Shown one piece after another: positions 26,384-40,335 of a stretch of DNA of 64,000 bases; position 1 is the stretch's first letter; each line of letters begins with the position of its first letter. Position numbers and translations under genes: made by a program. The stretch spans positions 125,550,001 through 125,614,000 of the forward strand of contig OX597815.1 of NCBI GenBank assembly GCA_951406725.2, written 5' to 3'. Under the pieces are notes generated by a model. The model searched no databases. It worked only from the letters and a program-made list of their open reading frames with translations, and was not told the origin of the DNA. The DNA comes from Octopus vulgaris. Its lineage: Eukaryota.

Positions 26384-26628
26384 CTGCAATTAGAAATAAA
26401 TAGAATTGAGAATTAGTGATAATGGTTTTATGAAATAGTAAATGAACATAAATTTAAAGGGGTGGGGCGCAGTAAAAGTGAATTGATCTAAGCATATTTT
26501 AGGTTCTTATTTTATTGATCTCCAAAAGAATGGAGTGGTAAAAACGAACTCGGTGAGATTTGAACATACATGAACATAATTCAGTATTGACAGGCATGTA
26601 ATCTGGTGCAGCTGCTTTTGTCCTTTAT

Positions 26629-26629
26629 T

Positions 26630-26683
<54 letters not shown>

Positions 26684-26800
26684 GCAGCAGCAACAACAAC
26701 AACAGCAACAACAACAACAACAACAAAGACAACAACAACAACGACAACAACAATAATAATAATGATAATAATAATAATAATAATGATGATGATGATGATG

Positions 26801-26855
<55 letters not shown>

Positions 26856-26915
26856 CCACACACAACAGCAACAGCAAGGATAGCAATAGCAACAACAACA
26901 ATGATGACGATGATT
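26629..26915. repeat. (CAA)n/(CAG)n/(TAA)n/(GAT)n compound microsatellite
   Basis: Directly visible. Confidence 0.95.
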
Positions 26916-27642
26916 ATGAATTGACTGCTCAAATAGAAAAGTGAGGAAACTGGAACAATAAGCTGTGCAAGTAATACTTGCAAAATGTATTGACCATTAC
27001 GTCATATAATTAAAATATTACAAATGTTGATTGTGGTCAGCGATCAAACCCCATGTATAAACAAGTTATCCAAGTACGATTCATATCAGTGTCAGACTAA
27101 TTCCATACACCATCAAACAAAATTATATATATATATATATAAACACTAAAAATATAAATCGTGTAATTCTGCCTAAAGTTAACAAGGTAATGCGTACTTT
27201 GACTGGCTCGCATAAAACGTAGGAAAATGTAACGTGTATTGCTCGATATCACCAGAAACAAATAAACCCAAATCTAACGAAAAAAAAACTGGTAATCTAA
27301 ATACAGGGTCAGGTTATACACTCTAGATCTTGTAAATAAAAAGAGAGAAGGTAAAGAACGATACAAGAAAAAGAATTTGTTTTTATTTTACATGCATATC
27401 TTACAGTTACTTTCAATCTAGCAAAATGTAACGTTGGAGGCAAAATTTGATGTTGGACCCCAACAGACAAGTTAAGTTAAGTTACATTCACAATACTAAA
27501 ACATATCAGAAAGCAATATAGAAAACTGAAAAGAAAGATTACATAACGAAAACTCAAGTGCCGAACAAAATAAACAACGATAAAACAAAATACAACGAAT
27601 ATTGACCATAAAAAACCGAGCTAGAACAACAAAATATCAATG

Positions 27643-27872
27643 TTATATCCTACATAACGTGGATGTATTATAAGAACATCATAATACTGCAGTTTTTCTC
27701 TTGAGGGAGCATGTTTAGAGCTTAAAAAACATAGAAAAATTTGTGGCAGACGAAAATTTCCAGCATCAGTGGCGGCAGCTAGATTTCAGCCTGTTTGCAC
27801 TTCATTAACAGGGGGTATCCACTATCAGTATTATAGTGTTCTTATAATACATCCACGTTATGTAGGGTATAA
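27643..27872. mobile_element. MITE with ~47-bp terminal inverted repeats
   Basis: ttatatcctacataacgtggatgtattataagaacatcataatactg / cagtattatagtgttcttataatacatccacgttatgtagggtataa. Confidence 0.7.
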
Positions 27873-29293
27873 GATCGTTACCCGGTACTGATGCTGTTTC
27901 CGTCGCAAATATCTAATTTTTACCCAGCCCTCCCGCTATTTGATTAGTCACTGTTTTTCCATATATGAGTGGAAGCGAGGTTTGACTAGCAACAGTAATA
28001 TAAAGATCAAGTAGGATATATAAAGATTGCTCTTCGGTACTAATACCATTAATACTACTTCTATCGCTATCTAAGAAATATAAAAATAGAGGAGTATAAC
28101 GAAGATTCAAGAATAGAAAGTTTTGAAGAGGGAAATAATTAACGAATTAAAAACTATAGATCTTCTTAGGGATCAATGAAAGTAACGTCAAAGAATACAG
28201 TTCAACAACAATGGAAAACTACAAACCTGCCCATGGTAAACATAGTAAATACGTCCATGAACATCAATCACTAGGTTAGACAAAATAAGAAATAATCCAT
28301 CAATTCACATTCTTAAATAAAGGAAGTGCATATTGGAAAATGTATTAGAGAAAAACAACAGCAGATGGCTATGGTTGGAACAACTTTGATCATAAGCCTG
28401 TCTAATTAAGGTAATGACAACGGCAACAGTAATAACAATAACAACAAAGAGTTATACTGAATTGGGTAACATGTTAAAAACCCTCCACCTTGTCTCAGAG
28501 ATTATATGAAAAGAAAATATATGTTTAAGAGTTATAAAAGGCTTGACGATTCGAAATAACGAAAGTAACATACAAGCAACTTATGTTCCTTGCTTCACTG
28601 GCTCGTAGGAAACCATTTTATGCAGTATGGTAAGGGTATATCAGCCTAGTACAGTACATCGCTCTCCGGGTTATTATTGACTGTAACTAGGTATGCATGG
28701 GAAAGGAAAATGACCCATGTGACGAATTCATACTGAGTTCACCCAGAATCTTAGCACCGCACGCTTTTCCTCGGTATTTACACGATAGCCATAACAACAG
28801 AATGTAGCATAATATACTTTGTGTGTGGCGAATGTTTGATGATAAAACTCAAGTTAATTGAGCTCAGAGTAACAGCTGAACTAACAAAATTTCAATTTTC
28901 TATGGAATACCCCCAGTCAATTATAACTAATCAACCACTAATAAACTGTCTCTTAATTACAGAATGCGTTGCAGTTAAGTGAATAAATACTTTGGTAAAT
29001 AAATATATATGCAAAAGAAAAGGTGTAAAAATACATTTGTTCAGTCATTTATTATAATTCAATAAACACAGTTTAGGCAATTATGCAGTTGTTGATTGGT
29101 CTAAGTTTAACTATGATCTCTTCCCGGGAATTCTTACGTAGTTGGCAAGATGGTGTGGAGGTTTACCTAAAGTTTTATATTGGTAATAGAGTTGAAAGAC
29201 AACTCCAGACTTAGTATGAGATGTTGTCATACTACGTATTCTTCTTCAAGTGGCCGCAGCGGAGATGCGTCTGGTACCTCTGTTCGCCATTAG

Positions 29294-29350
<57 letters not shown>

Positions 29351-30558
29351 GTGAGTGTGAGTGTGAGTGCGTGTTTGTGTGTATCACATAATGTATAATC
29401 ATGTTGTGTATGTAAATATACTTAATCTTGTTAGGCGACTTTTGTTTCGTTTAAAATCGATGCTAATGAGAGCAGTTGATGTTGAAAGCTTGTGTTTCAA
29501 AAGGAAGAGGGAAAAAAAGCATTTATGGTTTCGTTTGCTTTTGATACCTATATCCATCCTCCAAAGGAGCCTTGTTGAAATTCAATGGATTCGTAAGAAC
29601 CAGTACCCGTTCAGGAGAGGTATAAAAGCAATAGGGAGCAGAATACAAGATTATGTGTTAATGACAGGACAGCCTCACTTGGTATTATTTATAGGTTTGG
29701 GCACCTGTATAGGCCTCAATTGTAAAATCTTTTCTACCTTCTTTGCGAGGAAGAATAGCTGAAAAATATGTCTTTTTCTTTTATTGTGGTCCGAGTCTTT
29801 GTAGCAGACTGAAATTCACTAAAAGCATTCTGTGAAACAATCCCGACGAAGCCGCTTAACCTGTGAGATATAGCAGCTAAATTTATTCAAGTCACACCTT
29901 ACAATCTCTAAAAAGTAAGGTTACTTTGGCCAATGTAAACCTCTTACGTTAATTGTTTCATATTGAACTTAGATTAATTTACATTTTCTATGCAATAAAT
30001 AGACAATGACTCACACTGTTTAAAAAAATTTAATATAATTAAAAACAAACAAATAATCAGTCAATTATTATTAATAGTCATTTTGGAAAACATAGATAAT
30101 GTAGTGTGGGAGGGGAATCTAATCTTTAAACCAAATAGGTGAAAATAATAATGGATATGATTCGGTATTATTAAATTCCTGAGGGCATGATTTTTTGGTT
30201 TCAAAGGAATGGCTTCAACAGAGAATTGAAACTGGATTACATTACGGATGAGATTAGTTGGGAGTTCATGCTTTACTTTATGGTTTTTGTATCGAAGTAA
30301 GGTGATAAAAGGAAAGGAGATCTGAAAAACACCCATTCTCAGAAGCATAAATGTTTTAACTGGATGAATAACAAAACGCTTCTTAACTGAAGTTTCATGA
30401 TAATATAAAGCGGTGAAGTGACAGAGTCATTACAGCATTGGCTACAATGCCTTGTTATATTCATTCCGAGGCTTTCTGTGCTCTGAGTTCAATTCCCACA
30501 GCCTTTCATGTATTTCAGAGTTGAGTCGATAAAATAACCGCCAGTACTGGGCGTAGAG

Positions 30559-30653
30559 TCTTCTTCTTCTTCTTCTTCTTCTTCTTCTTCTTCTTCTTCT
30601 TCTTCTTCTTCTTCTTCTTCTTCTTCTTCTTCTTTCTTTCTTTCTTTCTTTCT
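30559..30653. repeat. (TTC)n(TTTC)n microsatellite
   Basis: Directly visible. Confidence 0.95.
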
Positions 30654-31278
30654 AAGAGGAATCAGCGGCGGTTAGATATGGAGGACGATGGGCTCCTTTA
30701 GGCCTAAAATGTTTTAGACACGACTCCGTTTGACAAGATGTCGTGCCTATAACTCCATCAGCTGTTGAGAACCCGAGGCAGGCAAAGCCAAGTAAATTGC
30801 GCGAAGATGCAAAGAAAAAAAAAACGAAAAAAAAAACGACGATGCCAATAACGACGACGGCGATGATGATGATTATCTTATCTTGGAGGTAAAAAATATC
30901 GCCAAGAATATAGAATAAATATTGTTTTATCCCCTGGTTAGGTCATGAGTTTCAATTCTCATTAGAGAAATTTGTAGATTTGTTTTTTTTTTTCACTCCT
31001 AGGGGAGTCCAGTAAACTCTGAGTCAGGTAAATATGCGTCTCTGTTGTTGCCTTCCACCACTTCTGCTTGTTTGCTTTTGGCACTTCGTTTCTCTTTACA
31101 CATCCCCCCCACCTCTCATCTCACTTTCTTCCTTCTCGAAACTCGTTCCTCTGACTGCTTCTCTTTTATTACTGTCTGCGCCATATTCATATCATTTTCT
31201 TTCTACTTGTTCTTACGCTCTTTCCTTTTCTCTCCCTCACACCTACTTGTGTGCAAATACATACACACAGGCAAACAT

Positions 31279-31321
<43 letters not shown>

Positions 31322-32223
31322 CGCACACACACACACGCACAAGTATGTATATAATTACGCATTTTTTTTGCTCGCTCTGTTTCCATATGCCAACTTCTGA
31401 CTTTCACTTCATTACTTTCCTTAAACACTTCTCTCAGCCTCTCACTCTCCCTCTTTCTCTCCTATTCTTAATTACAGATTTTCTCTTTTTCTTTTTATTT
31501 CACCCTCTGTCATATCTATTCTCCACCTCTTTCGCCGACATCGACCGTTTTCTCGCCTGCTTGCTAAAGCCGAGACATCTTTCTAAACCTGCTTACTAAA
31601 GGTATTAATAATACTTTTGTTGTAATAATAATGCTTATAAAACAACTGTTAATATTTACTTAGAACAAAGTAAGCTGTAATATACACTAATATAGATACA
31701 TACATAAACACATGCATACATAGACACTTACACATACACACATCTTTAGTGTAAATATTGGAAACAAGTTACTAAAAACATTTAACTTAGCATGTTGCCA
31801 ATGTTAAGACAGATACTACACTCTATAGAGTGTCCTAAGCTGAAATATCATTTTCATAGACATATTAAATCAGAGTATTTACATTTTTAAAAAGAAATAT
31901 TTGATCTGTCAGTGGGAGAATGGAGGGCAGTGCGCCAGAAATATTTCTTATGCGCTTATGAAAAGAAGAGCTACTTCCATAAACTTAGTGGAGAAGGATT
32001 TATCTGAGTGGTCGTAATACTTCTGTATTGGGGTATATTCAAGGTCAAACCTTAGTTTTTGCATCCGGCAGGATATTTAGTCTACAAGTGTAATATGTGC
32101 GTATGCATGTGTACGAATAAAATGGATAAGGTAAAATACCTGAGGTATTTCCTGTCATCCATACTTTTGGAATTCATAATCAACATTATTATTTTATTGC
32201 TATTATCTCTCTCTCCCTCCCTC

Positions 32224-32331
<108 letters not shown>

Positions 32332-32526
32332 GGCGCAGGAATAGCTTAACGTTTCTGCCAGCTCGCCGCCTTACTTTTCTTGAATAATGGAACTGCAACT
32401 GTAACATCCTACATATATATTTTTTTTATTCTCTTATTTCCCTTTATATTTCCCATATCAATCCTTTTCCAAAATAATTCCTTATATTGAACTCTATTAC
32501 TTCCCTCTAGCTCACTCTCTCATATT

Positions 32527-32574
32527 GTCTCCGATGAAGGAATATCCCTAATATCCCGGAAACAGCTGTAAGAC
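32527..32574 (+). ncRNA. Minimal type I hammerhead ribozyme in a PLE terminal-repeat fragment
   Basis: Stem I gtct/agac; core CCGATGA (U4>C); imperfect stem II ggaatat-cccta-atatccc; GAAA-c-AGCT-g-TA. Confidence 0.7.
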
Positions 32575-32735
32575 TACCTTTCTCTTTATAAATGTCCTAT
32601 AAATTCCACACAGCCTTGGTTTTGTTGTCTTATTTTATTTAACACTCACACACACACGTACGCACTTACGCGTACACACACACGCGCACACAGACACGCA
32701 CGCGTGCACACACGCATATACAATTTAGGCATATA

Positions 32736-33262
32736 TCTCTTATGATAAAAGGCAGATTTTCTCTGCCTGTTACCATGTTTGTTTTTAATACAATTCTACA
32801 ATATAGAATTTCTTCAATTGGAATTTACCTACGATTTTTCGAAGTAGATTCGATTGGGTCATGGCATATAAAGTTTTTTTCAATTTGACCCCCAATTAAG
32901 CAAAAATTCAAGAAAAGTAAATATATTACGATTTGCCTCTCTAATTTCAACTGCTTCACTCCTGCTATTACCACACTTTCTCCTACTTTCTCTTTGCAAG
33001 TGTACCTTAAACCACTACTCAAAAAAATACTGAGCAAACAGAAACAAATAAATACATAACGATTTACTCCTCACACAATTTCTTCAATTGGAATTCACCT
33101 ATGATTTTTCGAAGTATATTCCATTCGGTCATGGCATATAAATTTCTTTCAATTTGACACTCAATTAAGCAAAAATTCGAGAATACTCAATATTTTACGA
33201 TTTCCCCCTCTCACTTCAAAGGCTTTACTCCGCCTATTACCACACTTTCTCCTACTTTCTCT
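32736..33262 (+). repeat. Possible Helitron 5' end followed by a ~186-bp direct duplication (270-bp period)
   Basis: a|tctcttatgataaaaggcag start; 32807-32993 is similar to 33077-33262; no clear 3' CTRR end found. Confidence 0.5.
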
Positions 33263-33777
33263 ACATATATGACAGTGACAAATACAAACGTTTCAAACAA
33301 CTACATACAAACACTCAAACACACACACACGTGTGTGTTTGTTATTAGTAAAAAAGGCGCCAAACACAATTCACTTTCTCATTCGAACACATTTGCAAAC
33401 ACACAGCAACAATTCACTGACACATGGTGAGTAGAAGCTAGCCGCTCACATTATGACTTACACTATTACACCAATTGTACTGGGACTGTTGTCTACTTCC
33501 CGTTAGTTTTTAGTGTCCAGGAAACAAAACTTTCTCGAGAAATAACAAAAAAAAAAAAACACTCCTAGATTTCATAAAGGACTTTAAGAAACGATAGGAA
33601 CTAAATTCAGTTGAAGAAAGACGGATTTAAGGAAATCAGACGGTCGAATTAGAATGATAACTCAACAGAAAAGGTAAATTGGTTTTTAATTTACTTTCTG
33701 TCGCTAAGTTTTTGTAGTATTAATTTGCGAGCGTACTTCAGTTGTCAATTGTTGAAAGAAAATTGTAAGCTAAGAAG

Positions 33778-33808
<31 letters not shown>

Positions 33809-33997
33809 CGTGTGTGTGTGTCTGTGTGTGTGTGTGAGTGTGTGTGTGAGTGTGTGTGTGTGTGTGTGTGTAGGAAGTGAAGGATAAAAATATGGCAAGA
33901 AGTGGACAGATGTACATATATACATACATACATCCATCCATACATACATGTGTGTGTGTGTGTATGTATGTATGTGTATTAATGTGTGTGTGTGTTA

Positions 33998-34385
33998 TCT
34001 CTCTCTATATAAAGCTGAAGTTGTCTGTGTGCACCAGGTTTGGTAGCCTTCAACTAACACTATCTCCTCCGAGACCCTGCGGCGCAAGTTGACCAAAATT
34101 GAGAGTATGATAGAAGGGTTGCTCTTCCTTCCGTAGAAGATAAAATTCAAATCGGACCATGTTAACACCATAAATTATTTACATCAAAAAGGTGCTTTTT
34201 TCTATGAAAATCCCTACTTTTTACGATTTTCTCACTGCTGTGTCGCCACTTTTCGGTGTATTTCAACCACAAAAATGTTCACTTGAAGAGAATAACAAGC
34301 TACATAATGCAAAATTTTTACTTTTCAAAAATTCCAATTCCAGCGGGTCGAAACAAACCCGAGCAATGCCGGGCGATACTGCTAG
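33998..34385 (+). mobile_element. Non-autonomous Helitron
   Basis: A|TC start; hairpin cccgagcaatgccggg; gatactgCTAG|T end shared with 13237-13754. Confidence 0.8.
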
Positions 34386-34408
34386 TATACATATATATAT
34401 ATATAAAC

Positions 34409-34467
<59 letters not shown>

Positions 34468-34503
34468 CATATACATGTGTGTATATGTATGTATGTGCGT
34501 GTA

Positions 34504-34680
<177 letters not shown>

Positions 34681-35060
34681 ATAGATAGAGAGATATCGTT
34701 TTCAACGGTGGAACTCGAAGTAGATAAAGCTGTAAATAATAGCGTGAAGATGTTGAGTTTAAAAACCGTTTGGATAGAAGAAGTAGAAAGCTGCTGGTCG
34801 AGTAAAATATACTTCACCTAAGAAACAGAAATTTGTTCAACGTTTTTTCCGCTGGCTTTAAAGAAACGATCCACAATCATAATGCATTTTTTATATTTTC
34901 TGAAAATAACTTCCACTTTTGTATCCAATTGCAGTAATCTTCCTTGCTTGTTGATGTTAGATTTTAAACACTTGTGTAGGAAGATTTAGTCTAAAAATCG
35001 CACGGATAGCTGCAGTTAATCGATATTTTTGAACTCACTGTATTACATTTGTTGGAATGC

Positions 35061-35260
<200 letters not shown>

Positions 35261-35889
35261 TCTATTTATTTGTATATATGTATACAAGCGCGTACATATG
35301 CATGCACGCGAACACTCATAAATACATGCATAAATACATACGTACACATTATATTAGTGAGAGAGAGAGAGAGAGAGGGAGAGGAGAGAGAGGAGAGAGA
35401 GAGACAGACAGAGGCAGAGAGTCTGCGTGTAACTAAGCAGACATGATTTAACGATGAACCATTAGTTTTCAGAGTATCGACTAAATTTGTATTTGATCGA
35501 ACAAGCTGTCAATGACATCAAATAGTTTATAAAGTTGCAGTGCCAACATTGAATAGTTTCATACTAGAACAGAATCGACCAGTGTTTATTAAACCTTTAC
35601 ACCATCATTCTACCGCAACATCGTCTTCATTTTCAGTCTTATACTCTGATTCCTCTTAGTCTATCGAAATACTGAGACTAGCATGGCACAGATTTTCTCG
35701 ATTTGTTACTTTTCAATCTAACGCTCTACTTTTTAAACTGTTACGTTCATTCATAAGGAATCCAGAGATTATATGAATTCTAAGCAAACAAAATGGGATA
35801 TATGAGATGGTACTCCGGTGTGGGCAAGACTTACGATAGTTTGCACCACCGAAAGAAATATAATATAATATAATATAATATAATATAAC

Positions 35890-36083
35890 GAGACCCCCTT
35901 CGGTCATGAATGACCATGGGATTGCACCTAGAAAGTTACCCTCCTAGACACAAGTCCGGGCAAGGTTGTTTATGGAAGACCAGCAGTCGCCCATGCATAC
36001 CAGTCTCCCCTCTCCACGCCACCAGTGTTATCCAAGGGAAAGACAAAGGTCGATACAGCTTGGCACCAGAGACGTCGCAACTC

Positions 36084-36086
<3 letters not shown>
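35890..36086 (-). mobile_element. SINE 3' part (family of 51766-52101)
   Basis: Reverse complement of tgcaatcccatggtc...gaccgaagggggtctc. Confidence 0.75.
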
Positions 36087-36114
<28 letters not shown>

Positions 36115-36119
<5 letters not shown>

Positions 36120-36434
36120 GATTCAGTTGAATTAGGTGCTTAAGTTGAAGCACCAAGTCAGTCCGGTATTATCTGCACAGCACGAAGTAAGGTGAATAAA
36201 AAGCAAATTAGTAACAAGGATGTCAAGGTATTAATGCAATATGGCCGTTTCAGGTGGCTCCATTTAATTGAGCAAAGCAAGCATTACATCAATTTGAAAT
36301 ATAGCGCTGTATTTCAAATTGATTTTAATTTGAAATATGGCGCTGTATTTCAAATTGATGTAGAGCTTGCATTGTTCGATTAAATGGAACCGCCTGAAAC
36401 GGCCGTTAATACCTTGACATCCTTGTTACCTATT

Positions 36435-36436
<2 letters not shown>
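36115..36436. mobile_element. Fold-back mini-element with hammerhead 3' half and nested palindromes
   Basis: Hairpin 36204-36436; GAAA-c-GGCC-g-T at 36396; central palindrome aatttgaaatatrgcgctgtatttcaaatt present twice; (TA)n on both sides. Confidence 0.72.
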
Positions 36437-36490
<54 letters not shown>

Positions 36491-36514
36491 TATCTTTATT
36501 ATTATTATTATTAA

Positions 36515-36584
<70 letters not shown>

Positions 36585-36585
<1 letters not shown>

Positions 36586-36862
36586 GTTTGACTTTTGCTT
36601 TACATTTGTACAAGTTGGCTCCAAGTCTCACCCAGAGACCTCAAGAGACAACAAGTTGGAAGTTCATGTTGGTGTTATGCCAAGGGTGCCATATATTTGG
36701 TTTTGTACATAGTGTTGTTCTAGAGAATGTTTAAGAAACCATAAGAAAATTATGTGTTTGTTTTAAACCTTGAGATTACATAGAAAGTATTTTGCGTAGG
36801 ATATGGGCAGTTCCCATGAGGAGTACCTTTTGAATTTCTGCCATTTTGGGGGCTTCCTGGTA
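36585..36862 (-). mobile_element. R4/Dong-like non-LTR element 3' end inserted in (TAA)n
   Basis: Minus strand PGSPKMAEIQKVLLMGTAHILRKILSM* resembles the QKxxLLGTAxILRK C-terminus; (ATT)n on both sides. Confidence 0.6.
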
Positions 36863-36910
<48 letters not shown>

Positions 36911-37158
36911 GTTGTCCGTCTCTTCCTGCGGGCTGGAAGAGGTCTTATGGGAGGCCCCGCACCAGACGACTGGACGTGATTGGGGATGATCTCCAGAGGC
37001 TCGACGTCACCTTGGAAGATGCAGAGGGGCTGGCACGGAACCTCCAGCGATGAAGAGCACGGATAGACCTGGTCAGCTCTACGAATGAGAACGCTTCTGG
37101 GACAACGAACTTGTTCCATCAGGCAAGAGCATGAAGCCAGTATGAGCCAGCAGAAGTC
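36911..37158 (+). mobile_element. RTE LINE 3' fragment with (TAA)n tail
   Basis: GWKRSYGRPRTRRLDVIGDDLQRLDVTLEDAEGLARN, typical RTE C-terminus. Confidence 0.7.
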
Positions 37159-37229
<71 letters not shown>

Positions 37230-37876
37230 TATTATTATTATTATCATTATTAAGCGATACTTGTCAATAACTTTATTTTCTTTTATTTGGCGAGTACAGG
37301 AGACGATTTCAGATGTGCATCGGTTTTAGCCAATGTTCTTCAGAAAAGCATAGCCGTCACCGTTCACTGAAGTTGTATACAGAGTATCAAAAAGTTAATA
37401 TGTAAGACATTTGAAAAATCTTTTAATCAGGAAGCAAGACGGTACTCTTGACCTTTTACAGAGTTTCTGAGAATAGTGGAAGGGGCGAAGGCAGTCCGAA
37501 TACTTGTAATAGTGGAGACTACTTCGCTAAAAGTATCTAAGGGGCTGAATGGTGGTGTTAAACCGGGCGACGTTTTAACTCTATTATCTACAATTTATGT
37601 AGGCCATAGATTTGAACCGAGAATGCAAAGCTGGAATAAATGCCGCAAGGTAACTGGTTCCGCTAGCCCACTGGTACTTTTGTATCTGCTCCGAAAGGTT
37701 AAAAGCAAAATAGACTCGACAGGTTTTGAAATCTTAGCGAAGCTTTCCATCCGATCTGGAGTTGCTTACATGTTAATAATTATTAATTAGGAAATGCTAA
37801 AAACTTGACAGGTGAGAACAAACATTTGCGTCAAATAACAATGGCATTGTATTTGTTTATATGTATCATCAGTGGA

Positions 37877-38081
37877 TAACGTAGTTGTAGTGGTAGACTA
37901 CCAGCTACGGTTTCATAGACTTGATAGTATAGGAAACCATTTCACTTCACTTTCAATTCCTTTTTGTAGTTAATAGTTAAAACCTTCCAAACTATGAACT
38001 TCCAGTGGGAATTGCGAGTGAAGTAAAATGGCTCCCTAGACTATCGAGTTTAGTTAGGAATTTACCACTACAATCACGTTA
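37877..38081. mobile_element. Fold-back MITE
   Basis: taacgtagttgtagtggtag / ttaccactacaatcacgtta, plus an inner inverted block tagacttgatagtatagg...caattcc / ggaattg...cctagactatcgagttta. Confidence 0.7.
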
Positions 38082-38094
38082 ATAACCTCTAAAG

Positions 38095-38344
38095 TGGAGG
38101 CGCGTAGCTTTGTGGTTAGAGTGTTGAACTTATGATCATAAAATTGTAGTTTCGATTCCTGGACTGGGCGGCGCATAGTGTTTTTGAGCAAAACACTTGA
38201 TTTCACATCGTTCCAGTCCACTCAGCTGGCGAAAATGAGTAACCCTGCGACGGACCGGCGTCCCGTCCAGTGGGGAATATATGCACCATGGAAATCGGGA
38301 AACTGGCCCTATGATTCTGTATGACTCAGGAAGGATCTTTATCC
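38095..38344 (+). mobile_element. tRNA-derived SINE with 16-bp target site duplication
   Basis: ttaataacctctaaag at 38079-38094 and 38345-38360; A/B-box-like head. Confidence 0.85.
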
Positions 38345-40008
38345 TTAATAACCTCTAAAGATGGGCTCTGTAAGTCAGACTTACCATCGACATACTATGA
38401 GAGAAACTTTGATGGTTACCTTAGGACCCAAATGCATTCTATGAAAGAATATGCAAATAGAACAAGACTACACTCCGCCACTGAACATTGCTATCTCAGT
38501 TATAGAAATAAAGTACAAATTACATATTTTAAATATAGAAGGGGTAGGTTAAGTATATCAGTGAAAAGCCAAAATGATATAATTATAAAATTTAAAAATT
38601 TGATGACATTAAATCTAACTGAATATTTGGAATTGTGAATATACAAGGACAAGGACACATATAAAACCCGACTGATTTTAAAAGATAGTTCCGACCATCT
38701 ACATTTAAAGAAATTTGAATGTTTATTAAGTTGTTTTACCAATGTCCTAATGTAGAAATATCAAGAAATATGTAAACAAGTAACTTAGCAGTTCGTCAAA
38801 AAGAGGCCGAGAGAAAATCGCTAGGCCTTAAGAAAGTCCTGGGGTCGATTTGTTCGACTAAAACCTGTCTTCCCTGTTCCCCAGCATGGTCGCAGTCAAA
38901 TGACTGAAACAATTAAAAGAAAAATTCTTTATTAACGATAAGTCTCAAATGAATTCACACACACACGCACACACACATACACTCGCACAAACACACACAC
39001 ACACATACACACACACACACATACACACACACACAATGACTTAGGAGAAACAGAAAGGCAGTAAGCTGCTTGAGAGACACGCACCCTGCATCTTCTGGAA
39101 TTCAAACTTTCCGCCTTTTTTCCCTTCAAAGGGATTCTTGATTACTATAAGCTACTATTTATAGCTGTATTCACTTTGAGATATCGTTTTCTCTCCTTCG
39201 ATCCCCAGCATAAGACCGCTTACCCCATTTCCATGACGTGTAAGTGAGCGAGATCACAATATCCCTCCGAACAGCATGTCGTTCAATTGTAAAGTTCAAG
39301 ACCATCAGTTTGAGGGGAAGGGACAAGTCGATTGCATCGACCCTAATATTTGACTGGTGCTTTATTTTATCGAAGCCAAAAAAAAAAAAAAAATGATAGG
39401 AAAGGTTGAATCCAGCGAGATTTGAACTCAAAATGTGAACAGTCGGAAGAAATACTGTAAAGAACTGTGTCCGACGTTCTAACATCTGTGCCAGCTTACA
39501 GGAACATTTATTAATTTCTTCTCTTTAATTAATTAAAAAAAATAGACCGTAAATTGAAAGGAGTAAAATAAGTTCTTACGTTTATGTCATCCCCTAAGGA
39601 CAATATGGATGAAAATAAAGCAGAGGTATTGGATATTGTGATGAAAGAGAAAATAGAAGTTTGTTGACGTATATTTCAAAGTAATGTAATCTATTCATAA
39701 ATAAAATAAACTGCGATGCTCTATGGTGTGTTAGATCATTTTGCTTCAGCACTAACTGCTAAATCTCCATCCCGAGAGGATTGATTTATTTTGGATATTT
39801 ACTTAGTCTGATTAAGAGAGCATGCATGGTTATGCATGGTTATAACAGAACTGAAATCGAAGCTGCATAAGAACAATCTAGGTTGAAATAGCAATCTTTC
39901 AGTTGTAGATTTTTCTATGCTCTCTCTCTGTCTCTCTCTCTCCCTCTCACATACATATTCAAGCATACCTATATGCATACATACGCGCATAATACACTCA
40001 TTGATAAC

Positions 40009-40096
40009 ACGCACACAAAATGTACAAATACACTCACGCACACAAAATGTACAAATACACTCACGCACACAAAATGTACAAATACACTCACGCACA
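40009..40096. repeat. 27-bp minisatellite, about 3 copies
   Basis: acgcacacaaaatgtacaaatacactc repeated in tandem. Confidence 0.85.
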
Positions 40097-40275
40097 AACA
40101 TTTAACCCTAAAACTGTTTTAAAGCCAGAGTACAAATACGTACATATATATAATTCGTGAATTGAAGTGCACTATGTACATATTAATAGATACATTCTTC
40201 CTCTTCCTCCTTCTTCTTCTCCCTCTACTTTGTCTTTCACTCTACTTCCGCCGTTTCTCTCTGTGTGCCTGTCTG

Positions 40276-40335
<60 letters not shown>

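Noticed and set aside
40009-40096. CRISPR-like repeat
   Set aside because: Spacerless tandem minisatellite in eukaryotic DNA.
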